Assembly (NCBI GenBank): GCA_050613775.1
Contig: JBODTK010000100.1
Coordinates: 496,001 to 560,000 of the forward strand
Direction of reading: 5' to 3'
Length of the DNA stretch: 64,000 bases
From: Neocallimastix sp. 'constans'
Lineage: Eukaryota
Positions 23,229 to 35,299 of the stretch are shown in pieces. The notes below the pieces were generated by a model that did no database searches, had not been told where the DNA came from, and saw only the letters and a program-made list of their open reading frames with translations. A program made the translations under genes and the position numbers. Position 1 is the first letter of the stretch. Each line of letters begins with the position of its first letter.

Positions 23229-26200
23229 AAGGGAGAGGAAGCACTCCCTATAAAAATAAAATAGCTTCATTACAATACAAATCCATTCCTAGTAGTACAA
23301 ATGATTATAATAAGGAAGAAAAAGAAGATGCTTCCTATACTAATGAAACTCACAAAGAATCCGATAATGAGAATGATGTAGAATTTATAGTTAGTGCGAC
23401 AAAAAGGAAGTTGACGACTAACGATGAAACTAGTGAAAATAATGAAAAGAGACAACGTAAAAGTCTCATAGATAATCCTACCCCTATAACAACTCCTGCA
23501 ATAAGAAAGATAAAAGAGAAGGAAATAGAAAATAGAATAATTGTTAAAAATAAAAATCAACTACATCCTTCGATAATGGCGCAGCCTAATATAAATATTG
23601 AGAAAGCCAAAGAAAAACAAATTCGGAATAAAGAAAGAGCTAACTTTGGAAATAACAAGGGAAAAAGGAAGGAAAGGGAGGATAATATCACTATAAGAGA
23701 AAAGCAAAGTCTGGATTCTTCAAAACAAAGAAATAGCATCAGTACTACTAGTGATAAAATGCATCAACGATTAAATAAATTAATCGATAATGAAAACGAT
23801 AAAATTATTAAAACAAAACAAATCAATGAAATGGAAGTTATTGAAGTTCCTGAAAAGCTTAATGACGAAGGTCATGAGAATATTACATTACAGAAGCTCA
23901 TAGATTTTCAAGAGCCTAAAGAAAAAGCAACAATTAGTAGAACGCTTAGGAACATCAAGATGTGTAAGGATCAGGAAGAATATGATGTTTTACAAGATTT
24001 GAATGAAACCAAGTGTAATATTAGTTTCGGTCAGCTCCTCAATGTTTCTCCAAAAGTCAGAAGTCAAGTAAGTCAAGGATTAAAATTAGAAAAACCTGAA
24101 AAGAAAATAATAGGTGCATTAAACAATACTATTGCTGCTGCTACTTTGGTAAATAATATTGATCACTCTTATATTAGCAAAAGTAAGGAAACCTCAGAAG
24201 AAGATATTGCCATGGTTGATGTAACAGTAGATGAAATTCCTGGTAAAGCACTTATTGATTCTTGTAGTAACCTCAATGTTATCACAAAAAAATTTTATGA
24301 GAAATTACCTGGAAATTATGAAGAAGTAGGTATTAGTCGTGGAAGGATACGTTTAGCGACTAAGAATGATGAGTATTCGGAAGGAATCATTGTATGAATA
24401 CCTGTTAAGATTAATGATTATAAAATGATAGTAGATTTTCGAATAATTGATGATGATGACCCATTTTATGATTTGTTGATCAATTTTCAAACTCAAGTAG
24501 AACACAATCTTTTTATCCATCCTATAAGATATAGTTTATGTCAATTTAATTCTCAAGGACTAATCGACGTTATAGCTCCTATTAATAATAATTTCCAAGA
24601 AGAAGAAAAATTAGTATGTATAGTAAGGAAAATACTTGAAGATGAAGACACAACTAATGAATTAAAGAAACTTGAAGGTCTATCTCCGCAAGAGTATATC
24701 CATGATGAAAAATTTTTAGCAAGCCTTTGTAAAGATTATAAAGATGTAATAGTAAAATTACTTGAAGAAAACTTGGACATTATAGCGACATCTTCTGAAG
24801 AATTAACACCGTCAGACTTGGCCCCTCATAAAATTAACTTGAAAGCGAACGCAAAACCTGTTAAACAAAGATGTTACAGAGTAACCAAATTTAAATCTGA
24901 TATTATTAAAGAAGAACTAATTAAACTTATTAAGAAAAAGCTAGTTGTACCATCATATTCAGAATGGTCTTCACCTGTTGTTGTGGTCCCAAAGGCTAAT
25001 GGAAAATGGAGATTGTGTGTGGACTACCGCAAGGTGAATGGTCTAACCGAAAAAGACTCTTATGCCCTTCCTTATATTGACGAGATATTTGACAGTCTAG
25101 ATGGTGCCAAAATCTTTACTACTATGGATCTATACTCAGGTTACCATCAAATCCTAATGGACGAAGAAAGTGTTGAAATAACCAGTTTTACAACCAAATT
25201 TGGCAACTACCAATTCAAAGTTATGCCTTTTGGATTAACTGGAGCTCCGGCTACCTTCCAACGGGAAATGAATAGAATTTTATTTCCTTTAATTGGAAAA
25301 TGTGTTTTCAACTTTATTGATGATATACTTATATATTCAAAAACTGTCGAAGAACATATCCAACACATAAAACAAGTATTAGCAATCTTCAAGGAACATA
25401 AATTAAAAATTAATATTGAAAAATGTCACTTTATGCAAACGGAAGTTGAAGTTCTTGGTCACAAGATTTCTACTAAGGGTCTTAGTCCTCAAAATAGTAA
25501 AATTGAAGCAATTAAAGCCTGGAAAGAACCCACGAATATACATGAGTTAAGATCATTCTTAGGTGCTGTAGGATATTATAGGAACTTTATAAATGAATAT
25601 GCTCAAACCTCAGCTCCTCTTTGTAAGCTATTAAGAAAAGGCGTAAAATATAAATGGAATAATGAACAAAAACAAAGTTTTACCAAATTAAAAGAAAAAT
25701 TAATTAATGCTCCTATTTTAAAATATCCTGATTTTTCCAAAGAATTCATTATTCGAACAGATGCATCATATGAAGGTATTGGTGGAGTTTTATTGCAGAA
25801 AGACGAATCGGAAATAGAACACCCGATTCATTTCATTAGCCGTAGCTTAACCAAAGCAGAAAAGAATTATGGAATAACCGATTTGGAAGGAACGGCTTTA
25901 TATTATTGTATTACTAAATTAAAACCTTATATTATGGGAAGCCCCTTTAGAACCATAGTTTTTACAGATCACAAACCTCTACTAGGTTTATTTAATAATA
26001 AGGAACCGAATAATGCACGACAAACAAGATGGTGTTTGACTGCAAGTATGCTAAAAGTGGATATTCGCTATGAGCAAGGTAAAAAGAATGTAGTAGCCGA
26101 CGCTTTATCTAGAATGAAGAACGATAAAGAACAAAAGGTATTAGCTATAAAAACGAATAAAGATGATGAAAATGATTCACTTTCTAAAGTAATTAAAGAA

Positions 26201-27334
26201 TTTATTGAAGAAAAATTTACAAAGATTGATGGTATAGATTATTTTATAGATGGAAATAATTATAGAAAACTTGTTACCGAAACAAATGAAAAACTAAAAT
26301 TAATTCTCGAAGCACATCATGTTGGCCATGAAGGTTATTATAAAACATATCAAAGACTTAGAAAAAGTTACTACTGGAATGATATGGTCAACGATATAAA
26401 ACGGATAATTTCAAAATGCGAAAAATGTCAGTTAAATCGCCCTCAGCCATATCCAGAACCAACCGAAAACATTCCAACAGAAGTTGAAGGCCCTTTTACT
26501 CCTCTTGGACTTGATATTATTGGTCCCTTAATAAAGACTGGTAATAAAAACCAATATATCATTGTTGCGGTGGATTATTTCACAAAGTGGGTGGAGGCTG
26601 AACCTACTGAAAATATTACATCTAAGGACATTATTAAGTTTTTAATAAATGTTTTCGCTAGACATGGAGTTCCTCAAGTCATTACAACGGATAATGGCGT
26701 TCAATTCACATCGGATATGACTAAAATATTCCTGGACTTATATGATGTTTACGTAAAATTTACCACTACCTATCACCCAGAAAGTAATGGATTGGTTGAA
26801 AATAGGAATAAAGAAATTGGTAAATTATTGAGATTACTTGGTGAAGAAAATAAAGACTGGGATGAGGTATTACCTTCAGCCTTGTGGGCCCTTAGAACTA
26901 CAAAGAATTCTGTAACCAAACATTCTAGCTTCGAATTAGTTTATGGTCGTGAGGATCAACAGCCTTTCGACATTGCTGCTAGACCTACACAAGGAGTGAA
27001 TAAATCTTCAGATGAAATTCTTTTAGAAAAATTTATCTCACATTATAGGTGGACCATGGAAGCAGCTGAAAATGTAAAGAACGCAAGTAAATATTGGGCC
27101 AATCGAAGGGAAGAAAAAAATAGCATGAAAAATTCCAAAAACATAAGAATCGGTGATTTAGTTCTTGTTCGAAATTTTAGTCGTTCTAAATTAAAACCTT
27201 ATTTTGTCGGTCCTTTAAAAGTAATAAAAAAACAATTTAATACCGTAACACTTGCGGACCCAAATACTATGATTCAAATGAATCGTAATGTTCATTTGAA
27301 AAATATAGTAAAATATAACTCAGCTATAGATTAG
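23216..27334 (+). pseudogene. pol: Pol, family E, single in-frame TGA at 24395-24397 in the protease region
   Basis: ORFs 23411-24397 and 24425-27334 are in the same frame; ALIDSCSNLNVI, NFIDD, RNase H and integrase motifs otherwise intact. Confidence 0.92.
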
Positions 27335-29110
27335 CTTGAGTCTTAGTGGGGGCATCTTGGTAAAGAACGAACATATAATGGATTATTAATTAGAATTTCA
27401 ACTTACTTTAGAATCCATTATATTATTCTTTACTTAATATTACTTTACTATATTTTCTATACTAAAATATTTTCTAAATATATTTTTTTTATATTTTTAT
27501 TAAAAGTTTCTAAAATATTATCAATAATTTTATATTTTTATTATTAATATCAATATCTATAATTTAACCTCAAATTTTATTATTTTATTAAAGTGTTTAT
27601 TATCAATATTAATATTTTATTTTTATTTTCAAATATATTATTATATTATTATTATATTGTATCAATATTAAACTTGTATTCTTTTTAGTATTTTATTTTA
27701 TTTTTAAATTGATTATTTTATATTTTTATTCCCTACAAATAAAATCAAATCTTAATTGATTAATAATAAATATTAAATATATTATAGTTTTTAAATTTAT
27801 TTTATATAAAATATAAGAATATTATATTAACATTCTTGATTAAAATAACTTTATTTTTCTGTAAAATCTTTTTAAATTTTGTTTGTTACTTTTCGTATAT
27901 ATTAAATAATTTAGTTTTAGTATATGAAAAATAATATAAAATTATGTAAACAAAATTTATTAAAATAAAAATACTTATGAATTAGTTAATTTAAATTAAT
28001 ATAAAATTTTAATTAATTAGTAATAGTAAATATTTTTTTTAAATATGATAATAAAATGTAGAAAGGCTTTACATATTTATTTTTTTTCAAAAAGTATAAA
28101 TAAGTGAAGTTTTTCAATAATTAAAATGTAGACAGAAAAATATTAAAAATAAATCATTAAATAAAATTCTAATAAAACCCGAACCATAACATATTTGTGT
28201 AATAATTCTATTAAGAACTAACTCAAAATAGAATTATTAACTACAACTTAACGACTAATTCATTAAGTTGAGAAAATAAAATAAAATAGATTTTTTTTTT
28301 TACCTTTAGAGTAGAGTTTATTATAAAATTAATTATAATAATAACACAAAAAGTAAGAAAAGAATTGTTTGTATAAATTGATTTTAAAAATATGATTTTT
28401 GAATAAAATATTTTATTAATTTATTAAAGTTAAAAATATAAAAATGTTACTATTATAACTATGTTTTTTATAATAATAACTCTTGATTTCTCAAAGAGAA
28501 CTCAAGAGCCTTATTTATATTTTTTTATTAAAATAAGGTTAAATAAGAAAGGGTTTTCTAATCTTAACAAATCTCTTATCTAGGAAAAGATTAGATAGAA
28601 AAACCTAGATAAGTTTTCGATCGATATTCTATCCATATCGATCATCGCATTAATTAAGTAAAACCGATTACTTCTAAAAAGTAATTGGAAAAAATCTTAA
28701 TTAACCGATTTTCCAATCTAATGATCGAAAATAAAAGAATAAAATAATAAAAGATATTTCGATCATATAATTTATCCTTATATTAAAAATATAAAATTAA
28801 ATAGTTAATAAAATACAGAATACATTATAAAATACAGAATACATTATAAAATACAGAATACATTATAAAATACAGAATAAAATACAATACAAAATACATT
28901 AGTTACAGTAGAGAATTTAGCATATTGTAAATATATTATTTAAAATTAATTAAATAAATTTTGTTAAATTAATGAATATTTAAAATTAAATTAAATAAAT
29001 TTAATAAATATTATATGTAATTAAATAAAGTTATAGTTATAATAACTTAACTAAGAAAATATAATTATTTACTAACAAATAATTATAGATTCTTACATTG
29101 CTCTGTTTAA

Positions 29111-32100
29111 TTATGATGTTTCCATTAAGTCTTCATTTCTTTTAGTATATGGTTCCAATTGTGAGATATGAAATACCGGATGGAGATGTAAGTTCTCTGG
29201 AAGTTCCAAACGGTAATTCATTCTTTCCCTTTTCTCGATGATTTTAAAAGGTCCAAGATATTGAGTGGATAATTTTCTAGAGGGTTCATTCGTAAAGTAG
29301 TATCTTCTAAGCATAACCAAATCATTTACCTTAAAGTCAGGTCCTACAGATTTTTTATTGTCAGCATATTTCTTAAAATCTTCTTTGGCTTTAACTAAAT
29401 GTTGACGAAGGGCATTGATATGTGAAGACCAATCCCTTGTAAGAACAGAAGCACTATCTTTTAGCAGAATCGGTGGTGAATCAATAACACAATTTGGGTC
29501 AAATCCATAGTTAGCATGAAAAGGAGTTTGAGCTATTGATTTGTAAATGGAGTTGTTGTAGGACATTTCACATAAAGGGAGGTAGAAACACCATTCATTT
29601 TGAGCAGAAGAACAATAGCAGCGAAGATATTGTTCTATTACAGCATTAGCCCGTTCAACCTGACCATTTGATTGTTGGTGGTGAGCAGTAGCAAGTCTTG
29701 GTTTAGCACGAATAGTATCGCACAACGAAGTCCAAAATTGAGAAGAGAATTGGGAACCATGATCAGACACAATCACTTTAGGAAAACCATGATACTTAAA
29801 GACTTGGAAAAGTAAGAGCTTGGCAGTTAAGTCGGCAGAGGGAACATCGGAGCAGGGTACTAAATGAATAATTTTGGTTAAATGATCAGAAACAACCATG
29901 ATACAAGTGCAATCTTGTGAAGAAGGCAATGAAACAATAAAATCGACGCCAATAACTTCCCAGGGTTTTGTAGGAGTAAGAAGTGGTATTAGTTTACCAT
30001 AAGGTTTATGACGACGGATTTTATTTCTACAACAAACATCACAAGAAGCCACATAATTTGAAATATCTTTTTTCATATTAGGCCACCAGTAGTTCCTTCT
30101 GAGTTTTTCAAAGGTCCTATCTACCCCCTGATGGCCACTAGTGGGTGCATCATTGAAAGACTTTAAAAGTCTATCCCTGAGACTGGAAGGAATAATAATA
30201 CGCTTTTGAAAGTGAAGTACGCCATCGACGAAGGAAAATAAAGAACTTTTGATGTTGTTTGACTTATCCCTTATTTTTAAGAGGATATTTTTACAATAAT
30301 TATCAGCTTTCTGTGCTTCAATAAGACTACTAATATTGTCATTTATAGCACAACAGAAAGCATTATTGTTAATTACAGGTTGTGATTCAGATGAAGAGTC
30401 AGATTTAAAATCTGGGCGTCTTGAAAGAGCATCTGGTTTGCCACTTTTAGCGCCTGATCTGAATGCAATCCTATAGTCAAACTTTGATAAAAAGAGACTC
30501 CAACGAATTTGTCTTTGATTTAAATGTTGGGGTTTCTTAAAATACAATAAGTTCTTGTGGTCTGTTATTACTTGAACAGGAAATTTAGCGCCTTCTAAAT
30601 GATGCCTCCAAGTTTCAAACGCAGTAATTATAGCAAGAAGTTCTTTATCATATATAGTATAATTGACTTCTGCTTTATTGAGGGATCTAGAATGGAAGGC
30701 TACGGGATGCAATAAGTTATCAATGTCACTAACCTGAGAAAGTATGCAACCGACAGCAAAGTCGCTAGCATCTGTTTCAACGATGAATTCTTTCTCTGGA
30801 TTAGGAAAAATGAGCACTTCATCAGCTTTAAAAGATTCTTTCAATTTATTAAAAGCTTCATTTGCTGATTCATCCCAATTAAATGTAGTATTTTTCCTTA
30901 AAAGTCGATGAAGAGGTTCCATATTTTCGGCAAAATTATTGATAAACTTTCTATAGAAATTACATAAGCCTAGAAAACTTTGTAATTCCTTTTGATTCTT
31001 CGGAATAGGCCAATTCAGAACAGATTTTACCTTATCCTTATCCATAGTGAGACCATCTACAGAAACAGTGAAGCCTAAGAAAGTGGTTTTAGTAACATGG
31101 AAGTCACATTTCTCTAATTTAGCATATAATCCATTGTTGATGAGAAGTTGAAGAACGATCCTAACATGTTTAATATGTTCTTCTTCGTTGTTAGAGTAAA
31201 TAATGATGTCGTCCAGATAGACTTGCACGAAAAAACCAATGATATCACTGAAGATATCTTGTACAAAACGTTGAAAAACCGAGGGAGCATTTCGAAGTCC
31301 AAAAGGCATAACGAGATATTCGAAATGTCCTAAAGGGGTTCTAAAAGCAGTAAGATATTCGTGACCTTCTTTAACTCTGATTAGGTTATAAGCAGATCTA
31401 AGGTCAAGACGAGTAAATATCTTAGCTCCTTGAAAGGATTCAATCAAGTCATTTATTCTTGGAATTGGGTAGCTATTACGGATTGTGATAGCATTTAATC
31501 GGCGATAATCTACACAGAGTCTAAGGGTACCATCGCGTTTCATTACAAATAATATAGGAGCACCTGCTGGTGATTTTGACTTCCTAATGAATTTCTTTTT
31601 TAAGTTTTCCTTAATATAATCCTTTAAAGCTTTCAGTTCTTGTACAGTAAGAGAGTATATTGGACCAAAATAAAGTTGTCCACCAGGAATAAGCTCAATA
31701 GCAATATCATAGTCACGATGAGGTGGTAAGTTCTCAGCTTGTTTCTTTTCAAATACTATTTTAAGATCCGAATAGTATTTATTAATAATCTTTTCTTTTC
31801 CCTGAACGTCAGTGTTTACTTCTTCTGAATTAATCATTGCAGCACATAAATCAGAATCTGAGATATCTGTATCGAAAGCCGAATTTGGTAATACTGAATC
31901 TTCTTCTGAATTCTCCAACATTGAAGCAGTAATATTTTTATTTTGATTAAAAAACTTATTACTTTTGGAGGATGGGCAATGTGAGCCACAGTATCTACCA
32001 AGGAAGTAGATTCTATTATTTTTATAGTCGATGAAAGGATTGTGAACGGATAACCAATCCCTTCCAAGAATACCATTAATGCCTTGAAGAGATAGATTAG

Positions 32101-33154
32101 CAATGCAGAATTCAAAAGTTTCCTTATGATCCATAAATTTTAATTTAAGGGGCTTAGTAGTTTGTCTGATATTCATACTTTTCCCATTAGGAAGTTGGAT
32201 GTTGATTTGGGAATTGAGTCCTAACACAGGTAATTTATTAGAATTTGCGAAGTTTTTACAAATAAAACTTCTGGCAGAACCCGAATCAATTAATAGATTT
32301 GCCTTAATATTTCTTCCATTAATATCAAGGTAGAAGGTAGTTGTGATTGTTGTTTTAATATTCGGGGTGTAATTTGAGGAAAGTATGTCGTTTTTAGACT
32401 TATTTTTTCTGAAATGAGAATGTTTAGAATTCTTTTCTGATTTTAGTAAATCGTTTCTCTTCCTATGAAACGACATTTTTCCATTAAATTTATTTTTTTG
32501 GTTGTGGCGTAGAGGACTTTCCAAAAAACACTTCTTGTCAATTCCAATAATAATGTTGGTAGCTTCAAAAAGAGTAGATGGCTTTTCGAGTTTATCAAAC
32601 TCTTCGCGGACTTTGTCAAGTAGACCCTTACCGATGATATCTATTAAAACTTCGTCGGGCCATCCTAAACGTCCAGCCAATCTCCGAAATTCAATAGTAT
32701 ATTCAGCAACATTTCCTAATTGAAGTTGTTTCAATTTCCACAACTTTTCCATGATGACATATTTTTGCTTCCTTTCATTCCCAATATCAAAGTTATCCAG
32801 TAAGAGCTTCTTAAACTTACTAAATTCAAGGTTCTTTAGAGTACCATCAGTTAAAAGAGAAAGACCCCATTTTCTGGCGGTACCAGTAAGTTTATTAATA
32901 ACAAAAGAACTTTTTAGTTCATCCTTTTGAAAAGAATTTGGATGCTCCTTAAAGAAATCTTCACTTTGAATTAAAATTTCTAAGATATTTAGTTTATTGC
33001 TTTCATTTTCCCTTTGGAGGACACCATTAGGAGAAAAGAAAGCAGGAATGAAGTCAACAATTGCAGTAATAAGTTTGGATGCATTTTCATCATGGAGATA
33101 GGAATTATTAACTTCACTTGAGGAAATTGCTTGTTTATTACTATTGAAATCCAT
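29111..33154 (-). CDS. Single Gag-Pol polyprotein, family B
   Basis: 1347 aa; LIDSGSA protease; LDLRSAYNLIRVKEGHEYLTAFRT and YLDD RT; TDAS RNase H; integrase ending GPFKI...HPVFHISQLEPY; no chromodomain follows. Confidence 0.96.
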   Translation of the reverse strand: MDFNSNKQAISSSEVNNSYLHDENASKLITAIVDFIPAFFSPNGVLQRENESNKLNILEILIQSEDFFKEHPNSFQKDELKSSFVINKLTGTARKWGLSLLTDGTLKNLEFSKFKKLLLDNFDIGNERKQKYVIMEKLWKLKQLQLGNVAEYTIEFRRLAGRLGWPDEVLIDIIGKGLLDKVREEFDKLEKPSTLFEATNIIIGIDKKCFLESPLRHNQKNKFNGKMSFHRKRNDLLKSEKNSKHSHFRKNKSKNDILSSNYTPNIKTTITTTFYLDINGRNIKANLLIDSGSARSFICKNFANSNKLPVLGLNSQINIQLPNGKSMNIRQTTKPLKLKFMDHKETFEFCIANLSLQGINGILGRDWLSVHNPFIDYKNNRIYFLGRYCGSHCPSSKSNKFFNQNKNITASMLENSEEDSVLPNSAFDTDISDSDLCAAMINSEEVNTDVQGKEKIINKYYSDLKIVFEKKQAENLPPHRDYDIAIELIPGGQLYFGPIYSLTVQELKALKDYIKENLKKKFIRKSKSPAGAPILFVMKRDGTLRLCVDYRRLNAITIRNSYPIPRINDLIESFQGAKIFTRLDLRSAYNLIRVKEGHEYLTAFRTPLGHFEYLVMPFGLRNAPSVFQRFVQDIFSDIIGFFVQVYLDDIIIYSNNEEEHIKHVRIVLQLLINNGLYAKLEKCDFHVTKTTFLGFTVSVDGLTMDKDKVKSVLNWPIPKNQKELQSFLGLCNFYRKFINNFAENMEPLHRLLRKNTTFNWDESANEAFNKLKESFKADEVLIFPNPEKEFIVETDASDFAVGCILSQVSDIDNLLHPVAFHSRSLNKAEVNYTIYDKELLAIITAFETWRHHLEGAKFPVQVITDHKNLLYFKKPQHLNQRQIRWSLFLSKFDYRIAFRSGAKSGKPDALSRRPDFKSDSSSESQPVINNNAFCCAINDNISSLIEAQKADNYCKNILLKIRDKSNNIKSSLFSFVDGVLHFQKRIIIPSSLRDRLLKSFNDAPTSGHQGVDRTFEKLRRNYWWPNMKKDISNYVASCDVCCRNKIRRHKPYGKLIPLLTPTKPWEVIGVDFIVSLPSSQDCTCIMVVSDHLTKIIHLVPCSDVPSADLTAKLLLFQVFKYHGFPKVIVSDHGSQFSSQFWTSLCDTIRAKPRLATAHHQQSNGQVERANAVIEQYLRCYCSSAQNEWCFYLPLCEMSYNNSIYKSIAQTPFHANYGFDPNCVIDSPPILLKDSASVLTRDWSSHINALRQHLVKAKEDFKKYADNKKSVGPDFKVNDLVMLRRYYFTNEPSRKLSTQYLGPFKIIEKRERMNYRLELPENLHLHPVFHISQLEPYTKRNEDLMETS

Positions 33155-33965
33155 TTTTATGCCTTTAGTGTAGATAAAAATAGGATAGAGTTAACAAAAT
33201 GGACATTTTTATTACACAAAATTAAGAATTATAATAAGGATTTTGATTAATAAATATTTTATAGAATACACTTTAATTTCTTCCTTCCCGTGTTACCGTC
33301 ATTTGGTTTATCAACCAAAGGGCTGAGGTGTAGGTCTAATGTTACAGCCTACCAGTAACGGTCAACAACGTACTTGGAAATTAAATTAAAATGATTAACA
33401 AAATATTATTATAAACTTATCCTTTATTATAAACTTCTGCATAAATACAATATTTAGTATTATTTTAATTAAAATTCAATATCACTTTCTTATGCCTTAC
33501 AACATTCAAAAACCGGCAAAAGTGATCCATTAAAACATAAAAAAAATATTTTATGTTTTCCATAGCAGTTTTATATAATCAAGCATAAAAAAACATAACT
33601 GCTATAACCTTTTTGTTTGGGATAAACAAACTGTTAAAACCCATTATTAAAATTAAAACTATATAATTTTACTTCAATACATAATATTGAAGAACCTCGA
33701 GGCCTTCGGTGACCAAGAGTTCCTTATTCGCTAGAGCTACATTCGGATAACCTATACTTTCAAGTGAAATACTGCATTTCCGTACAGTACAAACCGCTAC
33801 GGTATAGGAAAAGGAGACCTTTCCTTTATTACTACCTAAAAATGTACTCACCATCCCCAATTAGATGGCTAACTCTATATATGAAGGTATTATTACCTTC
33901 TCAGTTTGTTATTTTTTATTTATTTTTTAAAATTTTTATTTATTTCTTTATTTATTTATTATTAT

Positions 33966-34008
<43 letters not shown>

Positions 34009-34401
34009 ATTTTAAATTATTATTTCTATTCTTAATTATATTATCTAAAATTATTCTATATTATTAATTCTATATTATTAAAATAATTATTATCTATTCT
34101 ATTATTATTCTAAATCTAATATATATTATTATATTTATTAATTATTTTAATTAACTTAAAAATTATTATAATTTAAAACTATTCTAAAATATTAATTTAT
34201 TATTCTATTATTTACTATTAAAAAATTTTTTTTTTTTTTTTTTTTTTAATATAAATTTTTTTTTTTTGCGCCACTCTAGCTATATATTATTATTGTATTC
34301 TAATATATATAATTTCAATAGGCTAATTCACTAATAAAATTTCCAATGTTACACTATTCTAAAAATTTTACACATTTTATCTAACCCTAAGCTAATCTAA
34401 G

Positions 34402-34413
34402 AAGAGTTATTAT
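34402..34413 (-). promoter_or_regulatory. Self-priming PBS (ATAATAACTCTT)
   Basis: Abuts the 5' LTR and is exactly complementary to AAGAGTTATTAT at 34700-34689, downstream of TATAAATA (34735-34728). Confidence 0.85.
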
Positions 34414-35299
34414 TGTAATAATTCTATTAAGAACTAACTCAAAATAGAATTATTAACTACAACTTAACAACTAATTCATTAAGTTGAGAAAATAAAATAA
34501 AATAAATTTTTTTTTTTACCTTTAGAGTAGAGTTTATTATAAAATTAATTATAATAATAACACAAAAAGTAAGAAAAGAATTGTTTGTATAAATTGATTT
34601 TAAAAATATGTTTTTGAATAAAATATTTTTATTAATTTATTAAAGTTAAAAATATAAAAATGTTACTATTATAACTATGTTTTTTATAATAATAACTCTT
34701 GATTTCTCAAAGAGAACTCAAGAGCCTTATTTATATTTTTTTATTAAAATAAGGTTAAATAAGAAAGGGTTTTCTAATCTTAACAAATCTCTTATCTAGG
34801 AAAAGATTAGATAGAAAAACCTAGATAAGTTTTCGATCGATATTCTATCCATATCGATCATCGCATTAATTAAGTAAAACCGATTACTTCTAAAAAGTAA
34901 TTGGAAAAAATCTTAATTAACCGATTTTCCAATCTAATGATCGAAAATAAAAGAATAAAATAATAAAAGATATTTCGATCATATAATTTATCCTTATATT
35001 AAAAATATAAAATTAAATAGTTAATAAAATACAGAATACATTATAAAATACAGAATACATTATAAAATACAGAATAAAATACAATACAAAATACATTAGT
35101 TACAGTAGAGAATTTAGCATATTGTAAATATATTATTTAAAATTAATTAAATAAATTTTGTTAAATTAATGAATATTTAAAATTAAATTAAATAAATTTA
35201 ATAAATATTATATGTAATTAAATAAAGTTATAGTTATAATAACTTAACTAAGAAAATATAATTATTTGCTAACAAATAATTATAGATTCTTACAATTTG

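Larger units (their letters stand above)
19194..28191 (+). mobile_element. Full-length Ty3/Gypsy element, family E
   Basis: LTRs at 19194-20028 and 27358-28191 (a few differences); PBS TGGTGGAGATATCGGGGA at 20036 (tRNA-Ala type); PPT TAGTGGGGGCATCT; about 2.3-kb leader. Confidence 0.96.
28198..35294 (-). mobile_element. Full-length Tf1/sushi-like (chromovirus-related) Gypsy element, family B
   Basis: LTRs at 34414-35294 (5') and 28198-29097 (3'); 5-bp TSD ATTTG/ATTTG; single ORF; no tRNA PBS. Confidence 0.96.

Noticed and set aside
24395..24397. Programmed stop-codon readthrough in family E pol
   Set aside because: The TGA lies within the protease region, not at the gag-pol boundary, and is more simply a point mutation.
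20100..33900. Hammerhead ribozyme in element leaders
   Set aside because: No CTGAnGA...GAAA core was found in the right stem context on either strand by eye.
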